Shown here in pieces: positions 47,873 through 57,207 of a DNA stretch of 64,000 bases. The notes below the pieces were generated by a model that worked only from the letters and a program-made list of their open reading frames with translations, had not been told where the DNA came from and did no database searches. The position numbers were made by a program, and so were the translations under genes. Source of the stretch: an uncultured Chloroflexia bacterium (GTDB taxonomy: Bacteria; Chloroflexota; Dehalococcoidia; DSTF01; JALHUB01). The stretch spans positions 2,119,998-2,183,997 of the forward strand of contig OY969814.1 of NCBI GenBank assembly GCA_963703345.1. Direction: 5' to 3'. Positions within the stretch are counted from its first letter, which is position 1, and each line of letters starts with the position of its first letter.

Positions 47873-48646
47873 ATCATTCCTCAGCGGTTCCTCCGGACGT
47901 GGGAGCTCCTCTATCTACTCACCGCCAGGGAGCTCAAGCTCCGCTACCAGGACACGATCCTCGGCTTTGTCTGGTCGGTGCTGAAGCCGCTCATGCTGGG
48001 CGCCGTCCTCTACTTCGCCCTCAGCCGTTTCGCGCGGATTCACTCGGACATACCCTATCAGCTCGTTCTGTTGCCGGCACTCTTCCCGTGGGCGTGGTAC
48101 CAGACCTCCGTGCTGATGTCGGCGCCCGTCATCACGCACAACGGCAACCTGATCAAGAAAGTGCACTTCCCGCGCTACGTGCTGCCGTTCGCGACCGTGG
48201 CCAACAACATGGTGCATTTCGTGATGACGCTGCCGATTATCACCGTCATCATACTCGCCTCGGGAAGGCACCCTTCGGCGAACTGGCTTATCGGCATCCC
48301 GCTGCTCACCCTGGTCGAGCTGGTGCTGCTGATGGGCACCGTTCTCATCGTGTCCTCCATCGACGTCTACTTCCGCGACCTGGAGCACCTGGTGGAGGTT
48401 TTCCTGAACCTGCTGTTCTACATGACGCCGATCATTTATCCACTAAGCCAGACGGGTCGCTACAAGCACCTTCTAATGCTCAATCCTTTGGCGTCGCTGA
48501 TCGAGAGCTGGCGGAACCTGTTCGTTTTCAACCAGTTGCCGACGATAGTCGATCTATGGCCCTCACTGGCGTTTGCCGCCGCTTCGGTGCTGTTGGGCAG
48601 CTTCGTTTTCGGACGTTTGGAGCGGGGGTTCGCGGATGCTCTCTGA
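47873..48646 (+). CDS. ABC-2 polysaccharide/teichoic-acid export permease (Wzm/TagG-like); start codon unresolved
   Basis: LTARELKLRYQDTILGFVWSVLKPL signature lies upstream of the first canonical start (GTG 47978). The frame opens after TAG 47837-39. GAGAGAGG lies 10 nt before ATC 47873. Confidence 0.7.
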   Translation: MIPQRFLRTWELLYLLTARELKLRYQDTILGFVWSVLKPLMLGAVLYFALSRFARIHSDIPYQLVLLPALFPWAWYQTSVLMSAPVITHNGNLIKKVHFPRYVLPFATVANNMVHFVMTLPIITVIILASGRHPSANWLIGIPLLTLVELVLLMGTVLIVSSIDVYFRDLEHLVEVFLNLLFYMTPIIYPLSQTGRYKHLLMLNPLASLIESWRNLFVFNQLPTIVDLWPSLAFAAASVLLGSFVFGRLERGFADAL

Positions 48647-49412
48647 CGGTACCGCTATCGCCCTCGAAGGCGTCTCCAAGCGCTATTTCCTGCGGGCGCA
48701 GAAGCCGGAGGAGATCAAGACCACCGTCCTCCACCTGCCCTCGTTCCTGCGCGGCAACGCCGGCCGCCCGTTCTGGGCCCTGGACGACGTGTCTTTCTCG
48801 GTGAAGCGAGGCGACAGCCTGGGCATCATCGGGCCGAACGGGTCGGGGAAGAGCACACTGCTGAAGATCATAGCCGACCTGGCGCCTCCGACTCGCGGCA
48901 AAGTCGAGGTCGGAGGGCGCGTCTCGGCTTTACTGGAGCTGGGCGCCGGCTTTCATCCCCAGATCACTGGGCGGGAGAACGCCATCCTCAATGCCGTCCT
49001 GCTGGGCTTGAGCAAGAAGGAGGCGATGGAGGCTCTCCCCGACATTATCGCGTTTTCCGAACTGGGCGACTTTATCGACGAGCCGATGCGGACCTATTCG
49101 TCCGGCATGTTTGTCCGGCTGGGCTTTTCGGTCGCGGTGCACGTGCGCCCCGACGTGCTGCTGGTTGACGAGGTGCTGGCGGTGGGCGACGGCGAGTTCC
49201 AGCAAAAGTGCTTCGGCCACATCGAGATGCTGCGCTCCAACGGCGTAACGATTGTCTTCGTGTCGCACGACCTGAGCGCCGTCACGCGCTTCTGTGATCG
49301 CGCCGTCCTGATCCAGCACGGCCAGCTCCAAATGCAAGGCGACTCGGAACCGGTGGTGCAGGAGTACCGGGACAGGATTGCGGCTTTTTTCGGGGGTAAG
49401 TTATCATCCTAG
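48636..49412 (+). CDS. ABC polysaccharide export ATP-binding protein (Wzt/TagH-like)
   Basis: GPNGSGKSTLLK, YSSGMFVRLGFSVA, LLVDEVLAVGD. Overlaps the permease stop. Confidence 0.9.
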   Translation: MLSDGTAIALEGVSKRYFLRAQKPEEIKTTVLHLPSFLRGNAGRPFWALDDVSFSVKRGDSLGIIGPNGSGKSTLLKIIADLAPPTRGKVEVGGRVSALLELGAGFHPQITGRENAILNAVLLGLSKKEAMEALPDIIAFSELGDFIDEPMRTYSSGMFVRLGFSVAVHVRPDVLLVDEVLAVGDGEFQQKCFGHIEMLRSNGVTIVFVSHDLSAVTRFCDRAVLIQHGQLQMQGDSEPVVQEYRDRIAAFFGGKLSS

Positions 49413-49434
49413 CTGACGGGAGGGAGCCCCAGGC

Positions 49435-50010
49435 ATGATCAGCCTCGAGTTCGACCGCTCGCGGAAACAGACCGGCGCCTTGAGGGTCAGCCGGAAGGCC
49501 GGTCCGGGCGTCGCGGTCCTGGCAGACGTGGGCGACGGACTGCCCTTCAAGGACGACAGCGTGGAAGAGATCTATCTCGACCACGCGCTGGAGGACGTCC
49601 ACGACTTCCTGGCGGCGATGCGCGAGATCTGGCGCATCTGCCGTCCCGGCGCCCTCGTCCACGTCTGGCTGCCACACGCCTCTTCCACGTGGGCGACTTC
49701 GCGTAATCCGGGCCAGACGCGCCCCTTCACCATCGAGACGTTCGATTTCTTCGACCCGGAGCGGAACCCGACCCCCCCTGACGGCGCAACATTCGAGACA
49801 GAACAGGCGAAGCTCTCCCTCACGACCCTCCGCCTGGGGCAGCGGCCGCGCCTGACCGGCGGGCTCGTTGCGTCGGTCGTCGAGTCGCTGGCGAACCGCA
49901 ACCGCGGCGCCCAGTACCGCTGGGAGCGCTGGCTGGGCGCGACAATCGGCTTTGAGGAGTTTTACGTCCTCCTGACGGCGGTCAAGCCCCCCACCTGGGC
50001 CGACGTGTAG
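49435..50010 (+). CDS. Methyltransferase-type-11-like protein lacking an obvious GxGxG motif
   Basis: GLPFKDDSVEEIYLDHALEDV...IWRICRPGALVHVWLP. Confidence 0.6.
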   Translation: MISLEFDRSRKQTGALRVSRKAGPGVAVLADVGDGLPFKDDSVEEIYLDHALEDVHDFLAAMREIWRICRPGALVHVWLPHASSTWATSRNPGQTRPFTIETFDFFDPERNPTPPDGATFETEQAKLSLTTLRLGQRPRLTGGLVASVVESLANRNRGAQYRWERWLGATIGFEEFYVLLTAVKPPTWADV

Positions 50011-50044
50011 CGGCCCTTGCTCTGAGCCCCCGCGAAGAGGCAGC

Positions 50045-50635
50045 ATGAGCGACAACGTCTGGAACGAGATCCGCTCCGACTACGACGCCTATTACTACTC
50101 CAGCTTCACCTGGCTGCCGGACCCGAACAAAGGGATCTGGAAGCGCCGCTGGGAACGTTTCGATGGGATCGTCCTGCGCGGGTCGTGGCCGGCCGTCGTC
50201 TGCTACCGCCTGAAGGCGTGGGCGCTTCGTAGGAGCATCCCCCTCCTCCCGTTCGTCTGCGATACGCTCAATCGTGTCTTCTGGGGCATCGTCATCGGCG
50301 ACGGCGTGGAGATCGGGCGCGGCCTGTGCATCGTTCATGGCTACGTCGTCATCGACGGCGCCGTGGTCATCGGAAAGAACTGCTACATCAACCCTCACGT
50401 CACCATCGGTCTCCGCGGCGGCAACGTATTCTCGCTGGACGGCCCGCGGCTGGGCGATAACGTGTACGTCGGCACCGGCGCCAAGGTGCTGGGCGCGATA
50501 ACGGTCGGCCACAACGTGACGATAGGCGCCAACGCCGTCGTCATCAGCGACATTCCGGACAACCATACGGCCGTGGGGGCGCCGGCCCGTGCCATACCGA
50601 AGAAGACGGAGCCGGAGAAGACGCGTCGGGGATAG
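50045..50635 (+). CDS. Hexapeptide-repeat O-acetyltransferase (serine acetyltransferase-like)
   Basis: IGDGVEIGRGLCIVHGYVVIDGAVVIGKNCYI...LGDNVYVGTGAKVLGAITVGHNVTIGANAVV. Confidence 0.85.
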   Translation: MSDNVWNEIRSDYDAYYYSSFTWLPDPNKGIWKRRWERFDGIVLRGSWPAVVCYRLKAWALRRSIPLLPFVCDTLNRVFWGIVIGDGVEIGRGLCIVHGYVVIDGAVVIGKNCYINPHVTIGLRGGNVFSLDGPRLGDNVYVGTGAKVLGAITVGHNVTIGANAVVISDIPDNHTAVGAPARAIPKKTEPEKTRRG

Positions 50636-50662
50636 CGGAGAGCCGGGAGGCTTCTGACAGGC

Positions 50663-51271
50663 GTGTTCGAGAACATCCGCGAGGACTTCAAGGTGTATGC
50701 GCAGTTGACGGGCGTGCGCAGGGGCAGGGGAATCCTCGGCGCATCATGGCTCTTCGACGCGCGCCGGTTCCTGGCGGCGCTGTGGGTTTTCCCGCTGTCG
50801 GCCGTCGTCATCTACCGCGGGAAGTGCTGGCTGCGGGCGCATCACCTGCCCATCCTGCCGCGCCTTCTCGACTGGCTGAACATCGTCCTCTGGCAGGTGC
50901 AGATAGCCGACAACGCCAGCATCGGGCCGGGGCTGTGCATATCGCACGGGTCGGTCATGATCGCCGGCGAGGTCAAGATCGGGCGCAACTGCACGTTGAA
51001 CCCCTGGACCGGGCTGGGTCTGATCCACAAGCGGAAGGTTGAGAACCCCTGGGACGGGCTGGTCGGACCGACGGTTGGCGACAACGTGTTCGTCGGCGTC
51101 GGCTCGCGCATCATGGGGCCGATAACGATCGGCGACAACGTGCGCATCGGGGCGAACTCGATCGTTATTCACGACGTGCCGAGCGACAGCGTGGTAATCG
51201 GCGTGCCGGCGCGGGTGCTCGACATGACAGACCCCGAGCAGCGGGCGATCGTGCAGGACGTGATCGACTGA
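50663..51271 (+). CDS. Hexapeptide-repeat O-acetyltransferase (paralog)
   Basis: Same architecture as 50045-50635. IADNASIGPGLCISHGSVMIAG...VGDNVFVGVGSRIMGPITIGDNVRIGANSIV. Confidence 0.85.
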   Translation: MFENIREDFKVYAQLTGVRRGRGILGASWLFDARRFLAALWVFPLSAVVIYRGKCWLRAHHLPILPRLLDWLNIVLWQVQIADNASIGPGLCISHGSVMIAGEVKIGRNCTLNPWTGLGLIHKRKVENPWDGLVGPTVGDNVFVGVGSRIMGPITIGDNVRIGANSIVIHDVPSDSVVIGVPARVLDMTDPEQRAIVQDVID

Positions 51272-51753
51272 TGATCGGCAAGCTCTGGCGACGGCTGCGT
51301 CCGCGCACCCCATTGGTCTGGATAACGCCGGAGCTGGCGCTGGGCCCCGCCTTGCCACCCGACCGCCTCCGTCTGCTGACAAAGGCCGGCATCGGCAGCG
51401 TCGTCGACGTGCGCAGCGAGGCGTGTGACGACGAAGCGGCGCTTGCCCGGCACAACCTGGCTTTTCCCGTCGATGACCGCGAGGCGGCCAGCCAGGAGCA
51501 GCTCCGCGCGGCAACCGAGTGGACGCTGGCTGAGATAGCGGCCGGGCGCAGAGCCTACATCCACTGTCGCAGCGGCATCGGCCGGAGCCCGAGCATCGCC
51601 TGCGCCGTCCTCTTGGCCATCGGCTACCCTCTGCCGGACGCCTACCAGATCGTCCGCCGTCAGCGCCCCTGGGCCGCCTGCAGCGAGACGCAGCGCCAGG
51701 CGCTCGAGGAGTTCGAGCGTCGACAGCGCGAACAGGCTGCTCCAACGGCTTAG
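51271..51753 (+). CDS. Dual-specificity / tyrosine phosphatase-like protein
   Basis: P-loop HCRSGIGRS (HCx5R). TGATG overlap with the upstream gene. Confidence 0.75.
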   Translation: MIGKLWRRLRPRTPLVWITPELALGPALPPDRLRLLTKAGIGSVVDVRSEACDDEAALARHNLAFPVDDREAASQEQLRAATEWTLAEIAAGRRAYIHCRSGIGRSPSIACAVLLAIGYPLPDAYQIVRRQRPWAACSETQRQALEEFERRQREQAAPTA

Positions 51754-52125
51754 GGAAAACCCCTCACCGCAGCCAGACTCAGGCGGCCACGCCGCTTCGC
51801 CGGTCTCCCAATCGGCGTAATTCCCAAAGGAGCCACGGATCAATGGTTTCCTGGCGTTCCTCAGCGAGTTCCCCTGATTGAACCCGCCCCTCTGAGTGAG
51901 CGACCATACTTCAAGCGCCCGACTATTGCTGGAAAGGAAACCGCATGGAGCTCATCGCTAGATGTGGCCAAGGGCATAACCGAAGGGCGGCTCGTCTTCG
52001 GAAAGTCACCGACTAAACCTACCGGTGAGCCGTGACCAACTCGTGACGAAGATGACCGTTAGTGTGTGCCGGAGCAGCGCGTCACCCGGGTGGAGATGCC
52101 GCTTCCCGGACAGAGGGAGAGAGCA

Positions 52126-55100
52126 ATGAGAACGAGAATCCGCCTGGTTGCCGGAAGCACGGCGATAGTCGCGCTTGCTGTCTTGTCGGGTCTCATCTTC
52201 GCAGCTCCCACCAAGAGCGGTGCAGACGATGCTGTGCAGTTCACACTCGATTCCTCCAGCTACAGCGCCGCGGTGGGGGATACGTTTGACGTCAAGGTCA
52301 ACCTGGGAGTGCTAACCAACAACGTCTCGCTCTTCGCCTTCCGTCTTCCCTACGACCATGACACCCTGCAGATCATCAGCACTGTTCCGGACAATCCCGC
52401 GCCGTGTCCATCGGGGCTAAGCGATGTCGAGATACTGGACTGGGACTACAACGGCCTGGCGCTGCGCCTCCAATGCGAGAGCGTTGACGGGAGCGCCGAT
52501 CCGCCTTTGACCGGGACCGCCCAACTGATAGACATCACATTCCAATGCGCCGCAGCGGGCAGCACTAGCCTTCAGATTGGCGCCCAAAACGCGATTGATG
52601 CCGACGGCAACAACTACGGCGCGACTGCCGGGCCGGCCGCAGGCGTCGTCTGCAACGACGCCCAGTTGACCATCGTCAAGCACGTTGTGAACGATGACGG
52701 CGGCGAAGCGGACGCTTCCGACTTCACCATGAGCGTCACCGGCACTAACGTGCAGCCTTCCGACAGCTTCGCCGGCAACGAGGACGGCACCACCGTCACC
52801 CTCGACGCCGGCCCCTACTCCGTCGGTGAGACCGGCCCAAGCGGTTACAGCAGGAGCGACTCCGTGGACTGCTCGGGGACAATCGCTCTCGGTGAGTCGA
52901 AGACCTGCACCATCACCAACAACGACGAGCCCGGCACGCTGACCGTTATCAAGCATGTCGTGAACGACGACGGCGGCGCGAAGGTCGCCGGGGACTTCAG
53001 CTTCAGCGTGAACGGTGGCGATCCGACCTTCTTCAGTCAGGACCCGGAGGACGCCAGCCTGGGTGAGAACAGCCTGACGGAGGACGCGGGCACCTACAGT
53101 GTGGTCGAGGCCGGGGTACCGATTAGCGGCTACACGACGACGTACGACAACTGCGCCGACGTCAGCATCGCCAACGGTGAGACGCAGACCTGCACCATCA
53201 CCAACGACGACACAGCTCCGACGCCCACTGGGACGCCAACAGACACGCCGACGGTGACGGATACGCCCACTGAGACGCCGACTGAGACGCCGACCGACAC
53301 GCCGACGGTGACGGATACGCCCACTGAGACGCCGACTGAGACGCCGACCGACACGCCAACGGTGACGGATACGCCCACTGAGACGCCGACGGTGACGGAT
53401 ACGCCGACCGACACGCCGACGGTGACGGATACGCCGACTGAGACGCCGACGGTGACGGATACGCCGACTGAGACGCCGACGGTGACGGATACGCCAACCG
53501 ACACGCCGACGGTGACGGATACGCCAACCGACACGCCAACGGTGACGGATACGCCGACCGACACGCCAACGGTGACGGATACGCCGACCGACACGCCGAC
53601 GGTGACAGATACGCCGACTGAGACGCCGACTGAGACGCCGACGGCGATACCAACCGTGCAGTTCGCACTCGATTCCCCCAGCTACACCGCCGACGTGGGA
53701 CATACATTCCACGTCATCGTCAGCCTAGGAGACCTGACGAACAACGTCTCGATCTTCGACTTCCGTCTTCCCTACAACCATGGAATCTTGCAGGTCGTCG
53801 CCACTGTTCCGGACAATCCCAACCCCTGCCCATGGTTGCTGGACGACTACGAGAGGTTGAACCGGGACTACGCCGGTGTGGGATTGCGCTTCCAATGCGA
53901 CAACTTCAGCGGGGGCGCTAATCCGGCTCAGAGCGGGACCGTCCAACTGATAGACATTACGTTCGAGTGCACCGCAGCGGGCAGCGCTAGCCTTCAGATT
54001 GGCTCCCAGTACGCGATTGATGGCGACGGCATAGACTACGGCGCGACTGCCGGGCCTGCCGCGGACGTCGTCTGCAACGAGGCCCCGGCAACCGACACGC
54101 CGACGCCGACGGATACGCCAACTGAGACGCCGACGGATACGCCAACTGAGACGCCAACGGTGACGGATACGCCAACCGAGACGCCGACCGACACGCCAAC
54201 GGTGACGGATACGCCAACTGAGACGCCGACCGACACGCCAACGGTGACGGATACGCCAACTGAGACGCCGACCGACACGCCGACGGTGACGGAGACGCCG
54301 ACCGAGACGCCAACGGTGACGGATACGCCAACCGAGACGCCGACCGACACGCCAACGGTGACGGATACGCCAACCGAGACGCCGACGGTGACACCAACCG
54401 ACACGCCGACGGCGACACCAACCGACACACCGACGGTGACACCAACCGACACGCCGACGGTGACGGATACGCCGACTGAGACGCCGACCGACACGCCGAC
54501 GGTGACGGAGACGCCAACCGACACGCCGACGGTGACAGATACGCCGACTGAGACGCCGACGGTGACACCAACCGACACGCCGACGGCGACACCAACCGAC
54601 ACACCGACGGCGACACCAACCGACACGCCGACGGTGACACCAACCGACACGCCGACGGCGACGGATACGCCGACTGAGACGCCAACGGTGACGGATACGC
54701 CGACCGACACGCCGACGGTGACGGATACGCCGACTGAGACGCCAACGGTGACGGATACGCCGACTGACACGCCGACGGTGACGGATACGCCAACCGAGAC
54801 GCCGACCGACACGCCAACGGTGACGGATACGCCGACTGAGACGCCGACGGTGACACCAACCGACACGCCGACGGCGACACCAACCGACACACCGACGGTG
54901 ACACCAACCGACACGCCGACGGTGACGGATACGCCGACTGAGACGCCAACGGTGACGGATACGCCAACCGAGACGCCGACGGTGACACCAACCGACACGC
55001 CGACGGCGACACCAACCGACACACCGACGGCGACGCCAACCCAGACGCCAACGGTGACGGATACACCAACCGACACGCCGACGGCGACACCAACCGACAC

Positions 55101-55551
55101 ACCGACGGCGACACCAACCGACACACCGACGGCGACACCAACCGACACGCCGACGGCGACGGATACGCCGACTGAGACGCCAACGGTGACGGATACGCCG
55201 ACTGAGACGCCGACGGTGACGGCGACCGCGATCGCCACCGCGACAGCGACAAGCGTGTATCATCGGTCGGCGACGGCCACCAGCACTCCCCTTCCGACGG
55301 ATACGCCGGCGGCCACGGCTACGCCGACCAATGGACGCCAGCCAGCGGCGCCACAGGCACCTGTCGAGGGGCCCGGCTCCGGCCCGCCACCAAACGGAGG
55401 TGCAGCCGGCGCAGGAGTGACGGCGCCGAAGACGGGGGAAGCCGACCCCGCGACCGGTGACAGTGCTTACATAATGGTCGCGGCACTCTTGGGTGCGCTG
55501 GCCGTGGCGCTCACGCTGACCAGTCTCGCCATGCGCAAGCAGAGGTTCTAG
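52126..55551 (+). CDS. Large surface protein: signal peptide, cohesin-like module 1, two prealbumin/SpaA-like domains, PT array, cohesin-like module 2, long PT array, sorting-signal-like anchor
   Basis: ATG after GGGAGAGAGCA. Modules at 52228-52665 and 53650-54085 are mutually similar (VQF(T/A)LDS.SY.A.VG.TF.V.V.LG.LTNNVS.F.FRLPY.H..LQ...TVPDNP...LIDITF.C.AAGS.SLQIG). LT(I/V)(V/I)KHVVNDDGG domains occur twice. Tail VTAPKTGEA...TM...RKQRF. Confidence 0.85.
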   Translation: MRTRIRLVAGSTAIVALAVLSGLIFAAPTKSGADDAVQFTLDSSSYSAAVGDTFDVKVNLGVLTNNVSLFAFRLPYDHDTLQIISTVPDNPAPCPSGLSDVEILDWDYNGLALRLQCESVDGSADPPLTGTAQLIDITFQCAAAGSTSLQIGAQNAIDADGNNYGATAGPAAGVVCNDAQLTIVKHVVNDDGGEADASDFTMSVTGTNVQPSDSFAGNEDGTTVTLDAGPYSVGETGPSGYSRSDSVDCSGTIALGESKTCTITNNDEPGTLTVIKHVVNDDGGAKVAGDFSFSVNGGDPTFFSQDPEDASLGENSLTEDAGTYSVVEAGVPISGYTTTYDNCADVSIANGETQTCTITNDDTAPTPTGTPTDTPTVTDTPTETPTETPTDTPTVTDTPTETPTETPTDTPTVTDTPTETPTVTDTPTDTPTVTDTPTETPTVTDTPTETPTVTDTPTDTPTVTDTPTDTPTVTDTPTDTPTVTDTPTDTPTVTDTPTETPTETPTAIPTVQFALDSPSYTADVGHTFHVIVSLGDLTNNVSIFDFRLPYNHGILQVVATVPDNPNPCPWLLDDYERLNRDYAGVGLRFQCDNFSGGANPAQSGTVQLIDITFECTAAGSASLQIGSQYAIDGDGIDYGATAGPAADVVCNEAPATDTPTPTDTPTETPTDTPTETPTVTDTPTETPTDTPTVTDTPTETPTDTPTVTDTPTETPTDTPTVTETPTETPTVTDTPTETPTDTPTVTDTPTETPTVTPTDTPTATPTDTPTVTPTDTPTVTDTPTETPTDTPTVTETPTDTPTVTDTPTETPTVTPTDTPTATPTDTPTATPTDTPTVTPTDTPTATDTPTETPTVTDTPTDTPTVTDTPTETPTVTDTPTDTPTVTDTPTETPTDTPTVTDTPTETPTVTPTDTPTATPTDTPTVTPTDTPTVTDTPTETPTVTDTPTETPTVTPTDTPTATPTDTPTATPTQTPTVTDTPTDTPTATPTDTPTATPTDTPTATPTDTPTATDTPTETPTVTDTPTETPTVTATAIATATATSVYHRSATATSTPLPTDTPAATATPTNGRQPAAPQAPVEGPGSGPPPNGGAAGAGVTAPKTGEADPATGDSAYIMVAALLGALAVALTLTSLAMRKQRF
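53215..53655. repeat. PT tandem-repeat array 1 (units of 24/36 bp encoding [14 protein letters not shown])
   Basis: ACGGTGACGGATACGCC(G/A)AC(C/T)GA(C/G)ACGCC(G/A) iterated. Confidence 0.9.
54085..55250. repeat. PT tandem-repeat array 2 (about 1.15 kb, same unit family)
   Basis: As array 1, with additional ACACCAACCGACAC(G/A)CCGACGG(C/T)G units. Confidence 0.9.
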
Positions 55552-55604
55552 CGAAGCGGGCTGCTTCGACGATTAGAAAGCCGCGCCGAAAGACGAAAGA
55601 AAAG

Positions 55605-55632
55605 GGAGCCCTTCCAAAACCGGAAGGGCTCC
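55605..55632 (+). terminator. Hairpin downstream of the large surface-protein gene
   Basis: GGAGCCCTTCC-AAAACC-GGAAGGGCTCC. No U-tract. Confidence 0.45.
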
Positions 55633-55743
55633 TAGTCAAGGGAGTACGAAGAGTACGAACGCCTCAATGCCTGGGCGGCGGCAGAACGTGGCGGTGAAGA
55701 CCCCAGGGCGCGGGCGCGTCTTGAGCGAAAGGACGGTGTCAAC

Positions 55744-56853
55744 ATGAAGGTACTGGTTACCGGCGGCTGCGGCTTCATCGGTTCGCACACCGTCAACGCC
55801 CTGCTGGAACGCGGTCACGAAGTGCGCATCCTCGACTCGCTGGAGCCACCCGTCCACAACGGCAAACCACCGGACTACCTGCCGCCGGAGGCCGAGTTCA
55901 TCCGCGGCAGCGTCACCGATCCGAGGGCCTTGAGAGACGCGCTCGACGGCATCGATGCGGTCTTCCATTTCGCGGATTATCAGGACTGCCCGACCGCCTT
56001 CTCGCACTTCTTTCAGACCAACAGCGTCGGCACTGCGATGCTCTACGAAACCATCGTCAACCGGCACCTTCCGATTGCCAAGGTTGTCGTGGCGTCGTCT
56101 CAGGCCGTCTACGGCGAAGGGAAATACCTGTGCGTGCTCCACGGCACGCGGTACCCTGGCCAGCGGCTGCGACAACAGCTCAGTCGCGGCGACTGGGAGC
56201 TGCGCTGCCCCGATTGCGGTCAGCCGCTGGAGCCGGTCTGGACGGACGAAACCGTGACGGCGCCGCACAACAGCTACGGCCTCTCCAAGCGCGATCAGGA
56301 GGACCTGGCGATTCAGCTCGGCCGCCGCTACGACATTCCCAGCGTCGCTCTGCGCTACTCCATCGTCCAGGGACCGCGCCAGTCCTTCCGCAACGCCTAC
56401 TCCGGCGCGCTACGATCGTTCGCGGTGCGCGTCCTGACGGGCGCGCCGCCGGTCATCTACGAAGACGGCCAGCAACTACGCGACTATGTCTCGATCCGCG
56501 ACGTCGTTGCCGCCAACCTGCTCGTGCTGGAGGACGACCGCGCCGACTATCAGGTGTTCAATGTCGGCGGTGACCGGCGGATCACGGTCCTTGGGCTCGC
56601 CTGGATGGTCTGTCACGCCGCGGAAGTCGACATCGTGCCGGAATGTTGCACGCTCTACCGACTCGGCGACACGCGTCACATCTTTTCCGACGTTTCGCGA
56701 CTCCGCGCCCTCGGCTGGGAGCCAAAGGTCAGCGAGACGGAGATCGTGCGCGAGTACCTGGAGTGGGCGTCGCAGCAGCCGGACCTGAGCGATACATTCG
56801 CCGCGGCGCAGGAGGTGATGGAGTCGGCCGGCGTGCTGGGGAAGGCCGCATAG
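55744..56853 (+). CDS. NAD-dependent sugar-nucleotide epimerase/dehydratase with Cys4 insertion
   Basis: MKVLVTGGCGFIGSH, YGLSK catalytic motif, insert C..H...CPDCG. Confidence 0.88.
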   Translation: MKVLVTGGCGFIGSHTVNALLERGHEVRILDSLEPPVHNGKPPDYLPPEAEFIRGSVTDPRALRDALDGIDAVFHFADYQDCPTAFSHFFQTNSVGTAMLYETIVNRHLPIAKVVVASSQAVYGEGKYLCVLHGTRYPGQRLRQQLSRGDWELRCPDCGQPLEPVWTDETVTAPHNSYGLSKRDQEDLAIQLGRRYDIPSVALRYSIVQGPRQSFRNAYSGALRSFAVRVLTGAPPVIYEDGQQLRDYVSIRDVVAANLLVLEDDRADYQVFNVGGDRRITVLGLAWMVCHAAEVDIVPECCTLYRLGDTRHIFSDVSRLRALGWEPKVSETEIVREYLEWASQQPDLSDTFAAAQEVMESAGVLGKAA

Positions 56854-57149
56854 ATAGGAAAAGCGCTGCTCCCGCGTCCGTCACCGCTGACCGGTCTTCT
56901 AAGCGACCGGCCCGTCCGGATGCGACCCGCGTGGGTCATGTCCAGGCTACATGCGTAGGTGCGACCCTCGCGCTCGTCGCCGGAGCTTGTTCCCTGCCCC
57001 GTTCAGGCAAGACCATCGGTTGCGACAGAGACATTTCAGTCGCTACGGACTCCATTCCAGATAACGACTCGGAAGAGGCAGGGAGGCGGGCCCTGCGAAT
57101 CCAACTTACGGTTCGTCGGGGGCCCGGACAATCGGGCAAAGCCCTCATA

Positions 57150-57177
57150 TTGCGGGCGGCGGCGATTGCGCTATACT
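57150..57177 (+). promoter_or_regulatory. Candidate promoter of the RmlC-like gene
   Basis: TTGCGG-16 nt-TATACT, 30 nt before the ATG. Confidence 0.35.
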
Positions 57178-57207
57178 GCGGCTGATACCGAAGCGAGGGG
57201 ACGTTTG

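Noticed and set aside
53215-55250. Possible CRISPR array because of many short direct repeats
   Set aside because: The repeats are contiguous with no unique spacers, keep a 3-nt periodicity and lie inside a continuous coding frame. No cas genes are present.
53725-55263. Very long antisense ORFs (512, 421 and 400 aa) full of RRR/SPS/VGV repeats opposite the large surface-protein gene; likewise 52417-53712, 53130-53594 and 53198-53707
   Set aside because: They are frame artefacts of the stop-poor ACG/CCG repeat DNA. They have no SD or start context and extreme low-complexity composition. The sense frame carries a signal peptide, folded domains and an anchor.
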